Shown: positions 17,873-27,178, counted from the stretch's first letter. The stretch: DNA of 64,000 bases from Vicinamibacterales bacterium (GCA_035250005.1 DATFFM010000106.1:9723-73722), one strand, 5' to 3'. Notes: generated by a model not told the origin, from the letters alone. Numbers and translations are program-made.

Positions 17873-18808
17873 ATGAGAATCGTCATCGCCGGCGGAACGG
17901 GTTTCATCGGCAGCCCGCTCGCGGAGGTGTACGCAGAAGAAGGGCACGACGTGCGCGTGCTCACGCGCGGTCTCGCCGACGGCGAGGCGCGGCACGATCC
18001 CGGGACCGGGATGCCGGGCATCACGCGCGTAGGCTGGCGCCCGGTCGGGGCAGCCGGCGCCTGGGCGCCGGTCGTGGATGACGCGGATGCTGTGATCAAT
18101 CTCGCGGGGGAATCGATCGGCGACGGCCGGTGGACACCACAACGCAAGGCCGCGCTTCGCGACAGCCGCATTCACGCGACGAGGAGCCTCGTTGCGGCGA
18201 TCAGGGCGGCGTCGAAGCCGCCGCGAGTCTTCATCAGTTCGAGCGCGCTCGGGTATTACGGGCCGTCCGGCGCCGAGCCGAAGACCGAGGACTCGCCACC
18301 GGGCGATGATTTTCTTTCACAGCTGGCGCAGGACTGGGAGGCCGAAGCGCTGAAGGCCGAGGGAACCGGCACGCGCGTGGTGCTGCTGCGAACCGGGCTC
18401 GTGCTCGAAAAGAGCGGCGGCGCGCTGCCGCGGATGATGCGACCGTTCCGGTTCTTCGTGGGGGGCCCGATCGGCAGCGGCCGGCAGTACACCTCGTGGA
18501 TCCATCGACTGGACGTGATCGAAATGATCCGCTGGATCGTCGAAACACCGGCCGTCATCGGGCCGGTGAATGCCACGGCCCCGCATCCGGTGACGAACCG
18601 CGAGCTCGCGCGGGCGCTCGGCCGCGCGCTTCGCCGGCCCAGCCTGCTGCCGGCGCCGGCGTTTGCGCTGAAGGCGATGTTCGGAGAAATGGCCGGCCCG
18701 CTGCTCCTCACCGGCCAGCGCGTCGTGCCCGCCCGGGCGCAGGCGCACGGATACCACTTCCGCTATCCCGAGATCGACATCGCGATGCGGGGAATCTTCG
18801 GCGAGTAA
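17873..18808 (+). CDS. TIGR01777-type NAD-dependent epimerase/SDR (YfcH-like, DUF1731 C-terminus)
   Basis: MRIVIAGGTGFIGSPL Rossmann motif; C-terminal GQRVVPARAQAHGYHFRYPEIDIAMRGIF. Confidence 0.8.
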   Translation: MRIVIAGGTGFIGSPLAEVYAEEGHDVRVLTRGLADGEARHDPGTGMPGITRVGWRPVGAAGAWAPVVDDADAVINLAGESIGDGRWTPQRKAALRDSRIHATRSLVAAIRAASKPPRVFISSSALGYYGPSGAEPKTEDSPPGDDFLSQLAQDWEAEALKAEGTGTRVVLLRTGLVLEKSGGALPRMMRPFRFFVGGPIGSGRQYTSWIHRLDVIEMIRWIVETPAVIGPVNATAPHPVTNRELARALGRALRRPSLLPAPAFALKAMFGEMAGPLLLTGQRVVPARAQAHGYHFRYPEIDIAMRGIFGE

Positions 18809-18813
18809 GCCGG

Positions 18814-20031
18814 CTACAGGATGCGGGGGAAGCCGAGCGCGTCATCCGCGCGCGCGGCGTCGCCCTGGAAGTGCCGCAATGCCAGCCGGGCGGCAACCCA
18901 TGCCAGCCCGGCGCCATGCCGGGCGGACCCGAATGCAAACAGATGGCGCGGAAAGTTCCGGTGCGGACCGAGAAAGGGCAAGCCGTCGGCGGTCTCGTAA
19001 TCGAGTCCGTCCCACGACGACTCCGCCTGAAGGCCTGAAATCGCCGGGTAGAGCAGCGACAGTTCATACATGAGCTGCCCGGTGCGCTGAGTGATCGCGC
19101 GCTCCCGAAGGCGGGCCGGCACCTCGGGCTGCCGGGCGCCCAGCACGAACACGCGGTCATCCGACAGCCACCTGACCACCCGCCCAGGGTCACCTGCTTC
19201 GTCGAGAACCGCACGGCGCGGCCCGACCTGCCGCCGGACCGTTGCCGGCAAGCCCTCGGTCACGACGCCATAGGCGTGTTCCGGGCGCAGGTGGCGCCGC
19301 AAAGCGCGAAGGTCCTGGATTGGTGCGGCCGTCGCCAGCACCACGGCTTCGGCCCGCAGAGTACCGGCCTCCGTAACCACCTCGACATGACGCCTGGCGG
19401 GGCGCACTCGCCGCACGGCCGATCGCTCATGCACGCGCGCGCCGCGAGCAACAGCGGCAGCGGCGAGACCGAGACAGGCGCGATACGGATCGAGAATCGC
19501 GCCATGAGTCCGTATTCCGCCGGCGGCCTCGAGCGCGGTGTGACGGGCGAGCGCCGCCGGGCTCAGCCATGCACTGTCGAGCCCCGCGTCATGACGCGCC
19601 TGGTACTCGCGGCGCAGCGCGCGTCCGGCTTCGGACCCCGGCCCGGCAAAGGTGATGACGTCCTGTGGAGCCAAGTCGCACTTGATCTTGTTGCGCCGCA
19701 GCACTGCCGCGAAGTCCAGCGATCCCCGGCGCATCGTGTCCCACACGGCACGCGACGTCTTCAGCCCATGTGCGGCCACTGCGGCCTGAAAGGAGCCGGC
19801 GAAGCCTTCCCTCAGGAGCCCGGCGTCCCCGGCTGTCATGCCCCCACCGACGGATTCGGCTTCGAGAACGACGACATCGATGCCGGCAGCGGCAAACGAC
19901 AGCGCGCACGCTGCGCCGGTCAGCCCCCCACCGACGATGGCGACACGGGCCGTGTGAGCTCCACGAAGACGGGGAAACCCGGGGCGGCGGCTCTTGGGGA
20001 ACCGGTCGAGCCATAGAGGCGCGTGACGCAT
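18814..20031 (-). CDS. FAD-dependent oxidoreductase (DAO family)
   Basis: VAIVGGGLTGAACALSFAAAG dinucleotide-binding motif. ATG 20031 preferred; the track TTG 20157 extension is only the translated 9-mer repeat (GPLGPLGPL). Confidence 0.75.
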   Translation of the reverse strand: MRHAPLWLDRFPKSRRPGFPRLRGAHTARVAIVGGGLTGAACALSFAAAGIDVVVLEAESVGGGMTAGDAGLLREGFAGSFQAAVAAHGLKTSRAVWDTMRRGSLDFAAVLRRNKIKCDLAPQDVITFAGPGSEAGRALRREYQARHDAGLDSAWLSPAALARHTALEAAGGIRTHGAILDPYRACLGLAAAAVARGARVHERSAVRRVRPARRHVEVVTEAGTLRAEAVVLATAAPIQDLRALRRHLRPEHAYGVVTEGLPATVRRQVGPRRAVLDEAGDPGRVVRWLSDDRVFVLGARQPEVPARLRERAITQRTGQLMYELSLLYPAISGLQAESSWDGLDYETADGLPFLGPHRNFPRHLFAFGSARHGAGLAWVAARLALRHFQGDAARADDALGFPRIL

Positions 20032-20101
20032 GTGGTGGAATTCTAACGCGTCGCGCCGATCACCTCGCGGCACAAAGCTTGAAGTCGAAAACAGAGGGTC
20101 A

Positions 20102-20155
20102 GGACCCAACGGACCCCACGGACCCAACGGACCCAACGGACCCAACGGACCAGCC
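20102..20155. repeat. 6 x 9-nt tandem repeat GGACCCAAC (variants GGACCCCAC, GGACCAGCC)
   Basis: Read directly. Ends immediately before the AAGGAG SD (20156-20161) of the eRF1-like gene. The complementary strand carries GGG every 9 nt. Confidence 0.9.
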
Positions 20156-20166
20156 AAGGAGCCCCC

Positions 20167-21318
20167 ATGCCGCTAGCGGACCAACTCGACCAACTGGCCA
20201 GATTCGAACCTGCGCCGTATCCCGTGATCAGCCTCTATCTGAATACTCAGCCGAACGCGAAGGGGCGAGATGAGTACCAAACCTTCGTGCGGCAGGAGTT
20301 CAAGGCCCGGGCCCGGACGTATCCGGCCGGCTCGCCGGAACGCGACAGCCTCGACAAGGATCTGGAGCGGATCACGACGTTTCTCGCCAACGAGCTGCAG
20401 CCGTCCGCCAACGGCGCGGCGATCTTTGCCTGCTCCGCCGGCGAGCTCTTCGAGGCGGTCCAGCTCACGGCCCCGATCGAACAGCACTGGCTGTACATCG
20501 GCGATACGCCGCATCTCTACCCGCTCGCCCGCCTTGAGTCCCGGTACCCGCGCTACGCCGCGGTGGTTGCCGACACGAACACCGCCAGGATCATGGTGTT
20601 TGCAGCCGGCGAGCTCGTAAGCCAGCAGGACCTCAAGGGAGAAAAGACCAGAAGGAGTTCGCAGGGAGGATGGTCGCAGGCTCGCTTCCAGCGCCATATC
20701 GAGAACTTCCACCTTCAGCACGCCAAGGACATCGTGGACGCGCTCGAGCGGATCGTTCAGCAGGAGGGCATCACCCAGATCCTGACCGCCGGCGACGAAG
20801 TGATCCTGCCGCTCCTCCGCGAGCAGATGCCGAAGCACCTGGCCGAGAAAGTGGTCGATCATCTGAAGCTGGATGCCAGAGCGCCGCTCGACGATGTGCT
20901 GACGGCGACTCTCGACGCCATGGGCCGGCAGAACGAGCGGAGCGACAGGGAGAGAGTCGCTGCGGCGATCGGCGCCTATCGCGCCGGCGGGCTTGGAGTG
21001 GTCGGCCCCGAAGATACATTGACCGCCCTCGTGAAAGGGCAGGTGGATGAGCTGCTGCTGACGTCGAGCGTCCATGCGATCCAGAACGTCTCGGCGCAGG
21101 CCGCCGCCGCGACCGCCAACGACAGCACGCTGCTGGAACCCGCAGTCGAAACAGCGGCCGGCGGCGAGGCGGCGCAAGCGGACCCGAACGTCGTACGTCT
21201 CGCCGACGAGCTCGTGACGCGGGCCAGACAGACCGGTGCGCGCGTGACCTTCGTCGAAGATGCCTCGCTGCTCGAGGGTTACGGAGGCGTGGCGGCGCTC
21301 TTGCGGTTCAGGATCTGA
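20167..21318 (+). CDS. bacterial eRF1/Pelota/Vms1-like protein (baeRF-type)
   Basis: 383 aa, three-domain length. The loop KTRRSSQGGWSQARFQRHIENF aligns by eye with eRF1 HGRGGQSALRFARLR (GGWSQ at 20665-20679). C-terminal VTFVEDASLLEGYGGVAALLRF resembles eRF1 domain 3. Confidence 0.65.
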   Translation: MPLADQLDQLARFEPAPYPVISLYLNTQPNAKGRDEYQTFVRQEFKARARTYPAGSPERDSLDKDLERITTFLANELQPSANGAAIFACSAGELFEAVQLTAPIEQHWLYIGDTPHLYPLARLESRYPRYAAVVADTNTARIMVFAAGELVSQQDLKGEKTRRSSQGGWSQARFQRHIENFHLQHAKDIVDALERIVQQEGITQILTAGDEVILPLLREQMPKHLAEKVVDHLKLDARAPLDDVLTATLDAMGRQNERSDRERVAAAIGAYRAGGLGVVGPEDTLTALVKGQVDELLLTSSVHAIQNVSAQAAAATANDSTLLEPAVETAAGGEAAQADPNVVRLADELVTRARQTGARVTFVEDASLLEGYGGVAALLRFRI

Positions 21319-21929
21319 CTCTGTGCGTTGCGCGTCTCCCGCTTGACGCTCCGATATACCGCCACCGCCGACACGATCGTGCCGGCAATCGCCAGCACCG
21401 CCAGAGCGATGACGATGACCGTGAACATCCGCGACTCCATCCAGGCGAGAATGCCGCGGCCGTAGTAGGCCGCCAGCCCGGCTTCGATCATGAACCGCGC
21501 GAGGCGGACCCCTGCCAGCGTGGAAAGAAACGTCCACGGATTCAGCCCGCAGGCGCCGCTGGTGAGAACGAAGGCGGTGAACGGAAAGGGAGGCGGAACG
21601 ACGCCCAGCGTCGCAATCGGGACGGCTGCGCTGTGGGTCACGCGCCGCTGGACGCGCTTCAACGTGGAAGCCTTCACGAGCCGGGTCAGCCCGTGCTCGC
21701 CGACCTTTTGGCCTATCCAGAACGTCGCACCGGCGCCGACGATCGAGCCGGCCGTTGCGAGCAGCGCGTACAGCCAGAAAAGATCCGGCTTGCGCGCCGC
21801 CATGATGATCACGACGAAGTCGATCCCGAGCGGCAGAAAGAACACCAGCGAGGCATCCAGGGCTCCCATGACGAGGACGCCGGCAGGTGTGAGAAAGTAG
21901 CTGAGCAGCGAGTTGAAGAGGGTTCTCAT
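21279..21929 (-). CDS. YqaA/DedA-related (VTT-domain-like) membrane protein
   Basis: Five or six hydrophobic segments, LDASLVFFLPLGIDF. The 3' end overlaps the eRF1-like gene by 40 nt and the start codon overlaps the next gene's start. Confidence 0.6.
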   Translation of the reverse strand: MRTLFNSLLSYFLTPAGVLVMGALDASLVFFLPLGIDFVVIIMAARKPDLFWLYALLATAGSIVGAGATFWIGQKVGEHGLTRLVKASTLKRVQRRVTHSAAVPIATLGVVPPPFPFTAFVLTSGACGLNPWTFLSTLAGVRLARFMIEAGLAAYYGRGILAWMESRMFTVIVIALAVLAIAGTIVSAVAVYRSVKRETRNAQSQILNRKSAATPP

Positions 21930-23280
21930 GCAGGCGAGCCGCTATCTCGGAGTCGTTGTGGTGCTGGGGACGCTCACGGTGGCCTGCAACCGGTCGCAAC
22001 AGGCTCCCGAGCCCGGCAATACGGACGCGGGATCTTCCATGAACAGCATCGCAGAGCAATACGTGCGCCTGACGCTGGCGGTCGGGCAGCACGACCCCGA
22101 CTACGTCGACGCGTATTACGGCCCGCCGGAGTGGAAACCTGCCGGCGACAAGCTGAGCCTGGACGATCTCCTCAGCCGGGCCAGGGCTCTGGAAGGCACG
22201 CCCGAGCTTCAGGTCGGGCGCACGGCGCCGGTGGCGACGCCGGCTCCGGACGAGATGGAGGCCCTTCGCCGCCGATATCTGCAGACGCAGCTGTCGGCGA
22301 TGACCGCTCGCCTGCGGATGCTGAAAGGGGAGCGGCTGACCTTCGACGACGAATCGCGCGCGCTCTACGACGCGACCGCCCCCGTCCTTCCCGAGTCGCA
22401 CTTCCAGGCAGTTCTCGACCGGCTGGAGCCGCGCTTCCCGGGCGATGGCACGCTGGTCCAGCGGTACGACGCCTGGCGGAAGGCCTTCGTCATTCCGAAG
22501 GAGAAGCTGGATCAGGTGTTCAGGACGGCGATCGAGGCCTGCCGCGAACGGACGGCCCGGCACCTGCAGCTGCCGCCTGGCGAGAGCTTCACCGTGGAGT
22601 ACGTCACGGGTAAATCCTGGAGCGGCTACAACTGGTACCAGGGAGCATTCCAGAGTCTGATCCAGGTGAACACCGACTTGCCGGTGTACATCGACCGCGC
22701 GGTCGATCTGGCGTGCCACGAGGGATATCCCGGGCATCACGTGTACAACGTGCTGCTCGAAAAGAATCTGGTAAGGGACCGCGGATGGATGGAGTTCACC
22801 GTCTACCCGTTGTTCTCGCCGCAGTCGCTGATCGCCGAGGGGACGGCCAACTACGGGATCGAGATGGCCTTCCCCGGCGACGAACGCAGCGGCTACGAAG
22901 AGAAGGTGCTCTTCCCGGCCGCCGGCCTGGATCCCTCGAAAGCCCGGGAGTACTACGCCGTGCAGGAGCTCGTCGAGCAGCTGGCGTACGCGGGCAACGA
23001 GGCGGCGCGCCGCTATCTCAATGGCGAGATCGACGCCGCGCAGGCCGCCCGATGGCTCGAGAAATACGCGCTGATGCCGAACGACCGGGCCGCGCAGCGC
23101 GTCCGGTTCTTCGATCAGTACCGCAGTTACGTGATCAACTACAACCTCGGCAAGGACATGATCCGCGACTTCATCGAAAGGCGCGCCGGCCAGCAGCCTC
23201 CCGACCGGCAGCCGGCCACGCGTTGGGAGGAGTTCGGCAGGCTGCTGTCGTCGCCGCGGCTGCCGTCCGCGCTCCGGTAG
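21928..23280 (+). CDS. DUF885-like putative metallopeptidase lipoprotein
   Basis: ATG 21928 preceded by GAAGAGGG; lipobox LGTLTVAC; motif ACHEGYPGHHVYN resembles the DUF885 E-x-PGHH signature. Confidence 0.5.
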   Translation: MQASRYLGVVVVLGTLTVACNRSQQAPEPGNTDAGSSMNSIAEQYVRLTLAVGQHDPDYVDAYYGPPEWKPAGDKLSLDDLLSRARALEGTPELQVGRTAPVATPAPDEMEALRRRYLQTQLSAMTARLRMLKGERLTFDDESRALYDATAPVLPESHFQAVLDRLEPRFPGDGTLVQRYDAWRKAFVIPKEKLDQVFRTAIEACRERTARHLQLPPGESFTVEYVTGKSWSGYNWYQGAFQSLIQVNTDLPVYIDRAVDLACHEGYPGHHVYNVLLEKNLVRDRGWMEFTVYPLFSPQSLIAEGTANYGIEMAFPGDERSGYEEKVLFPAAGLDPSKAREYYAVQELVEQLAYAGNEAARRYLNGEIDAAQAARWLEKYALMPNDRAAQRVRFFDQYRSYVINYNLGKDMIRDFIERRAGQQPPDRQPATRWEEFGRLLSSPRLPSALR

Positions 23281-24575
23281 TGGCGAGCTCGCGCGGCGTG
23301 GTGGTGTGGTCCGCAGTCCTGTGCCTTGCCGGCTATGTGTGGGTGTACGCCACCGGCCTCGCCGACGTTCCCATCCGTTCAGACGGTTTCAGCTACTACG
23401 TCTATCTACCCTCCTGGTTTCTCTTTCACGACACCACGCTCGCCGCCGTGGCCCGTGACTGCTGCGGCGGGGAGTTCCCGGACTACTCGGCAATCATCCG
23501 GTGGCCGGGCACGCGCCGATGGGTCAATGCCCATCCGATCGGCGTTGCCGTGATGCAGGCCCCTCTGTTCCCGTTTGCGCATGGGCTCACGAAGTGGACG
23601 AACCTCTCGGCCGACGGGTTCTCGCTTTACTATCAACATGCGGCGGGGCTCGCGGGGCTCGGGTGGATCGTCGCCGGGCTTGCCCTGCTCCGCCGGCTGC
23701 TCCTGCGATCGTTCAGCGATGGCGTGGTCGCCGTGACGCTCATCGCGCTGCTCCTCGGCACGAATCTTTATCACTACGCGACGTTCGACAGCGCCTACAG
23801 TCATCCGTATTCGTTCTTCCTCTTCGCGGCGTTCATGGTGCTCACGGCGGCGTGGCACGAGAAGCCCGCCTCCCGCACCTCCCTGCTGCTCGGCCTGACC
23901 GCGGGGTTGATCGTGCTCGTGCGTCACACGAACATCGTCTTTTGTGCTGTCTTCCTGCTGTACGGCGCAGGAACAGGCGCGGCACTCGCCGCGACGTTCG
24001 CGCGGTTGCGCGCGGCCCCAGGCGAGTTGATGCGGATCGTCGGCGTCGCCGTGCTCGTGATCGCGCCGCAGCTGCTCATCTACCACCAGGCGACCGGCAA
24101 TCCCGTGATCAGCTCGTACGGCGGTCTCGGCTTCAACTGGGCATCGCCGCAGATTGCCGGCGTGCTGTTCGGCGTCGAGAAAGGATTGTTCTTCTGGTCT
24201 CCCGTGCTCCTGGTTGCGGCCGCCGGGCTGGCCGTTCTGGCGCGATCCGCGAAACCGGCAGCCGCGTTCGTCGTTCCCGGGGCCCTGTTTCTCGCGGTGA
24301 ACACGTACCTGATCGCCAGCTGGTGGGACTGGCAGTTCGGCGGCAGCTACGGGCATCGCGGGTTCGTGGATGCGCTACCGGTTTTCGCGCTCGGTCTCGC
24401 GGCTGCTTTCGAGCGCGCGTCGTATACAGCCCGACTGCGGGCACTCGCGGCGGTCGTCGCAACGCTGCTGGTGTCGCTGTCGGTGTTTCAGATGATTCAG
24501 TACTGGTACGGCATCATCCCGTTCCAGGGCACCACATGGCAGCTGTACCGCGAGCTCTTTCTTCAGTGGCGTTGA
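23280..24575 (+). CDS. polytopic membrane protein, GT-C (ArnT/PMT-like) glycosyltransferase-like
   Basis: GTG 23280 overlaps the upstream stop. About 11 hydrophobic segments; first loop SDGFSYYVYLPSW. Family assignment is tentative. Confidence 0.45.
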   Translation: MASSRGVVVWSAVLCLAGYVWVYATGLADVPIRSDGFSYYVYLPSWFLFHDTTLAAVARDCCGGEFPDYSAIIRWPGTRRWVNAHPIGVAVMQAPLFPFAHGLTKWTNLSADGFSLYYQHAAGLAGLGWIVAGLALLRRLLLRSFSDGVVAVTLIALLLGTNLYHYATFDSAYSHPYSFFLFAAFMVLTAAWHEKPASRTSLLLGLTAGLIVLVRHTNIVFCAVFLLYGAGTGAALAATFARLRAAPGELMRIVGVAVLVIAPQLLIYHQATGNPVISSYGGLGFNWASPQIAGVLFGVEKGLFFWSPVLLVAAAGLAVLARSAKPAAAFVVPGALFLAVNTYLIASWWDWQFGGSYGHRGFVDALPVFALGLAAAFERASYTARLRALAAVVATLLVSLSVFQMIQYWYGIIPFQGTTWQLYRELFLQWR

Positions 24576-24997
24576 AATCCCGCGCAGCGTTCCTCGTCGC
24601 TGCCGTGATCCTGTTGACGGCGCTGGGCTATCTGCGCGATCCGCCATGGCTGTCGAACGTCACGTCCGGCTTGAGCGCGTGGGAGACCGACGAGGCCGGC
24701 GTGCCGTACCGATGGACGCGCGGGCACGCGTCATTCTTCGTGCCGGCCGACCGCCGCGCCGTCGTCTTGACGATGAGGTCCGACAAGGATGCACCGACGG
24801 ACTGGCCGATCACGGCGACGCTGACGATCGACGACCGGCCGGCGGAGATCATCACGTTCCGGGATGAAGGCTGGCATGACGTCCGGCTGCGGCTCCCGCC
24901 CCGCGGGAACCGCGATGTTCGCCGCATCGACGTCAAGCTGGACCGCGTACGCTCCCGTCAGCGCGGGATCCAGCTGCGGGAGCCGCGGGTGGAGTAA
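24566..24997 (+). CDS. hypothetical membrane-anchored protein
   Basis: GTG 24566 overlaps the upstream gene end by 10 nt. N-terminal TM AAFLVAAVILLTALGYL followed by a ~115-aa soluble domain. No family recognised. Confidence 0.5.
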   Translation: MALKSRAAFLVAAVILLTALGYLRDPPWLSNVTSGLSAWETDEAGVPYRWTRGHASFFVPADRRAVVLTMRSDKDAPTDWPITATLTIDDRPAEIITFRDEGWHDVRLRLPPRGNRDVRRIDVKLDRVRSRQRGIQLREPRVE

Positions 24998-25079
24998 TCT
25001 CGAAGCCGGGTCGGCAGTTGTGCCACGGCTGTCGATTTCAGGCCTCGTCATTCGACCAATGCCTGAAGGAGGGATTACG

Positions 25080-25505
25080 ATGCGATTCATGGTCATGGTC
25101 AAGGCAAACAAGAGCTCAGAGGCTGGCGAGCTTCCGGACGAGAAGATGCTCGCCGCGATGGGCAAGTACAACGAGGAACTGGCAAAGGCCGGCGTGCTGC
25201 TGGCTGGCGAGGGGCTTCACCCCAGCTCCAGAGGGACCCGCGTCAGGTTCTCCGGCGACAAGCGGACCGTCATCGATGGACCGTTTGCGGAGACCAAAGA
25301 GCTGATCGCCGGCTTCTGGATGTTCCAGGTGAAGTCGAAGGAAGAGGCGATCGAATGGGTCAAGCGCTGCCCCAATCCGTTCCCGGGAGAGTCTGAGATC
25401 GAGATCCGCCAGGTGTTCGAGGCCGACGACTTCGGTGCGGAGTTCACTCCCGAGCTCCGGGAACAGGAAGAGCGGATCCGCGCGCAGGTGGCGGCGAAGC
25501 GGTAA
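25080..25505 (+). CDS. YciI-like / DGPF-domain protein
   Basis: GGAGGG SD then ATG 25080. MRFMVMVKA..., IDGPFAETKELIAGFWMFQVKSKEEAIEW. Confidence 0.75.
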   Translation: MRFMVMVKANKSSEAGELPDEKMLAAMGKYNEELAKAGVLLAGEGLHPSSRGTRVRFSGDKRTVIDGPFAETKELIAGFWMFQVKSKEEAIEWVKRCPNPFPGESEIEIRQVFEADDFGAEFTPELREQEERIRAQVAAKR

Positions 25506-25510
25506 CACCC

Positions 25511-26593
25511 ATGTTCGCGATCGCGCCGCCGATCGAGCCGATGCTGGCCAAACTCACCGAGCAGCTGCCGGTGAGTGACGGCCTCCTGTACGAGCCGAAA
25601 TGGGACGGGTTCCGGGCGATCGTGTACCGCGGCAAGACCGACGTCTTCATCCAGAGCCGTGACCTTCGTCCGCTCGACCGGTATTTTCCGGAACTGCACG
25701 ACGTCCTCCTCGCGCGGCTCCCGAACGGCTGTGTGCTCGACGGCGAAATCGTGATCGCGACGCCGAAGGGGCTCGATTTCGACGCACTGCAGCTGCGGCT
25801 TCATCCCGCCGCCTCCCGCGTCGCCAAACTGGCGCAGGCGACGCCCTCTTCGTTCGTGGCCTTCGACCTCCTCGCCGTCGGCGGACGCGACGTCCGCGGC
25901 AAACCGCAGGTGGAGCGCCGGGCCCTGCTCGAACAGCTGCTCGCGAACGTCGAGCCGCCGATTCATCTGACACCCATGACCCGCGACCTGGGTGTCGCGC
26001 GCAAGTGGCTGTCACACTTCGAGGGCGCGGGCCTCGATGGCGTGATCGCCAAGCCGGCGGATGCGCCTTATCATCCGGGCAAGCGCGCCATGATCAAGGT
26101 CAAGCACGCCCGAACAGCTGACTGCGTCGTCGGCGGCTTTCGCTGGCACAAGAGCGGAAAAGACACGGTCGGATCGCTGCTGCTGGGGCTGTACGACGAT
26201 GGCGGGCGGCTGCAGCATGTGGGCGTGACCTCGTCGTTCACGATGGCCGCGCGCAAGCAGCTGGCCGTGGAGCTCGCGCCCTTGCGCAAACGTGCCCTCG
26301 AGGACCATCCCTGGCGCGAATGGGCCGTGGCCGACGGGAGTGACCCCTCCCGGATGCCGGGCGCGCAGAGCCGCTGGAGCGCCGGGAAGGATCTGTCGTG
26401 GGAGCCGCTGCGGATCGAGCGCGTCTGCGAAGTCAAGTACGACCACATGCAGGGGCCCCGCTTCCGCCATGCCGCGACGTTCCTGCGGTGGCGGCCCGAC
26501 CGGCAGCCGGCCGACTGCCGCTTCGATCAACTGGAAGTCACCGCACCTTACGAGCTCGAGAAGGTCTTTGGCGCCACCGCCCGCGGGCGCTGA
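25511..26593 (+). CDS. ATP-dependent DNA ligase (LigC/LigD ligase-domain type, adenylation plus OB)
   Basis: Motif I EPKWDGFR, FVAFDLL, LDGVIAKP, MIKVKH, OB region DCVVGGF. No Ku or primase-polymerase gene in the window. Confidence 0.85.
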   Translation: MFAIAPPIEPMLAKLTEQLPVSDGLLYEPKWDGFRAIVYRGKTDVFIQSRDLRPLDRYFPELHDVLLARLPNGCVLDGEIVIATPKGLDFDALQLRLHPAASRVAKLAQATPSSFVAFDLLAVGGRDVRGKPQVERRALLEQLLANVEPPIHLTPMTRDLGVARKWLSHFEGAGLDGVIAKPADAPYHPGKRAMIKVKHARTADCVVGGFRWHKSGKDTVGSLLLGLYDDGGRLQHVGVTSSFTMAARKQLAVELAPLRKRALEDHPWREWAVADGSDPSRMPGAQSRWSAGKDLSWEPLRIERVCEVKYDHMQGPRFRHAATFLRWRPDRQPADCRFDQLEVTAPYELEKVFGATARGR

Positions 26594-26596
26594 CCC

Positions 26597-27178
26597 GTGG
26601 CGTCGACCCCAGGGACCTCACGGCGGTCGTCAGCGCCGCTCTATCCGCGAGTGATGGGCGCATCGTGGAGCCAGGTCGCGGACCCGGTTCGTGCCCTCCA
26701 CGCCACGAACGTGCGGGCGCGAGGCCGTTTCCGTATCGAGCACGGCCGCAATCGGGCGGCTCGCCTCCTGGCGCGGATGCTGCGATTGCCGCGACCCGCG
26801 GCCGCCGCCGAGATTCGCCTGATCGTCACAACGCGTCATGGCGGCGAGCAGTGGCTGCGCACGTTCGACGGACGACGCCTCGAGACGCATCAATGCGAGG
26901 CGGGTGAGTTCGAGCTCGCCGAACGGTTCGGCGTCCTCGAGGTTCGATTCCGGCTCGAGGCGTCGCACGGAAGCCTTCTCTACCTTCAGCGTGAAGCCGC
27001 TTTCCGGCTCGGACCCCTTCGCGTGCGGATACCGGCCGCGTTCGCGCCGCGGGTGGAGGCCAGAGAGGATCCCTCAGGCCCGGCACGCGTCCAGGTCCAC
27101 GTCCGCGTCGCCCTGCCGGCCGTCGGCGCGCTGATCGCCTACGTCGGTTTCATAGAGATTGAGGGGACGCCCGCATGA
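26597..27178 (+). CDS. DUF4166-like protein
   Basis: GTG 26597, 3 nt after the ligase stop (alternative ATG 26654, MGASWSQV). The beta-rich sequence recalls DUF4166; family assignment is from memory. Confidence 0.5.
   Translation: MASTPGTSRRSSAPLYPRVMGASWSQVADPVRALHATNVRARGRFRIEHGRNRAARLLARMLRLPRPAAAAEIRLIVTTRHGGEQWLRTFDGRRLETHQCEAGEFELAERFGVLEVRFRLEASHGSLLYLQREAAFRLGPLRVRIPAAFAPRVEAREDPSGPARVQVHVRVALPAVGALIAYVGFIEIEGTPA

Noticed and set aside
20032-20157. Collagen-like N-terminal extension (MAGPLGPLGPLGPWGPLGP...) of the FAD oxidoreductase from a TTG start at 20157.
   Set aside because: It is simply the translated 9-nt tandem repeat. The TTG overlaps the SD region of the divergent gene. 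The linker between the repeat and the Rossmann motif looks non-native, and ATG 20031 gives a normal N-terminus.
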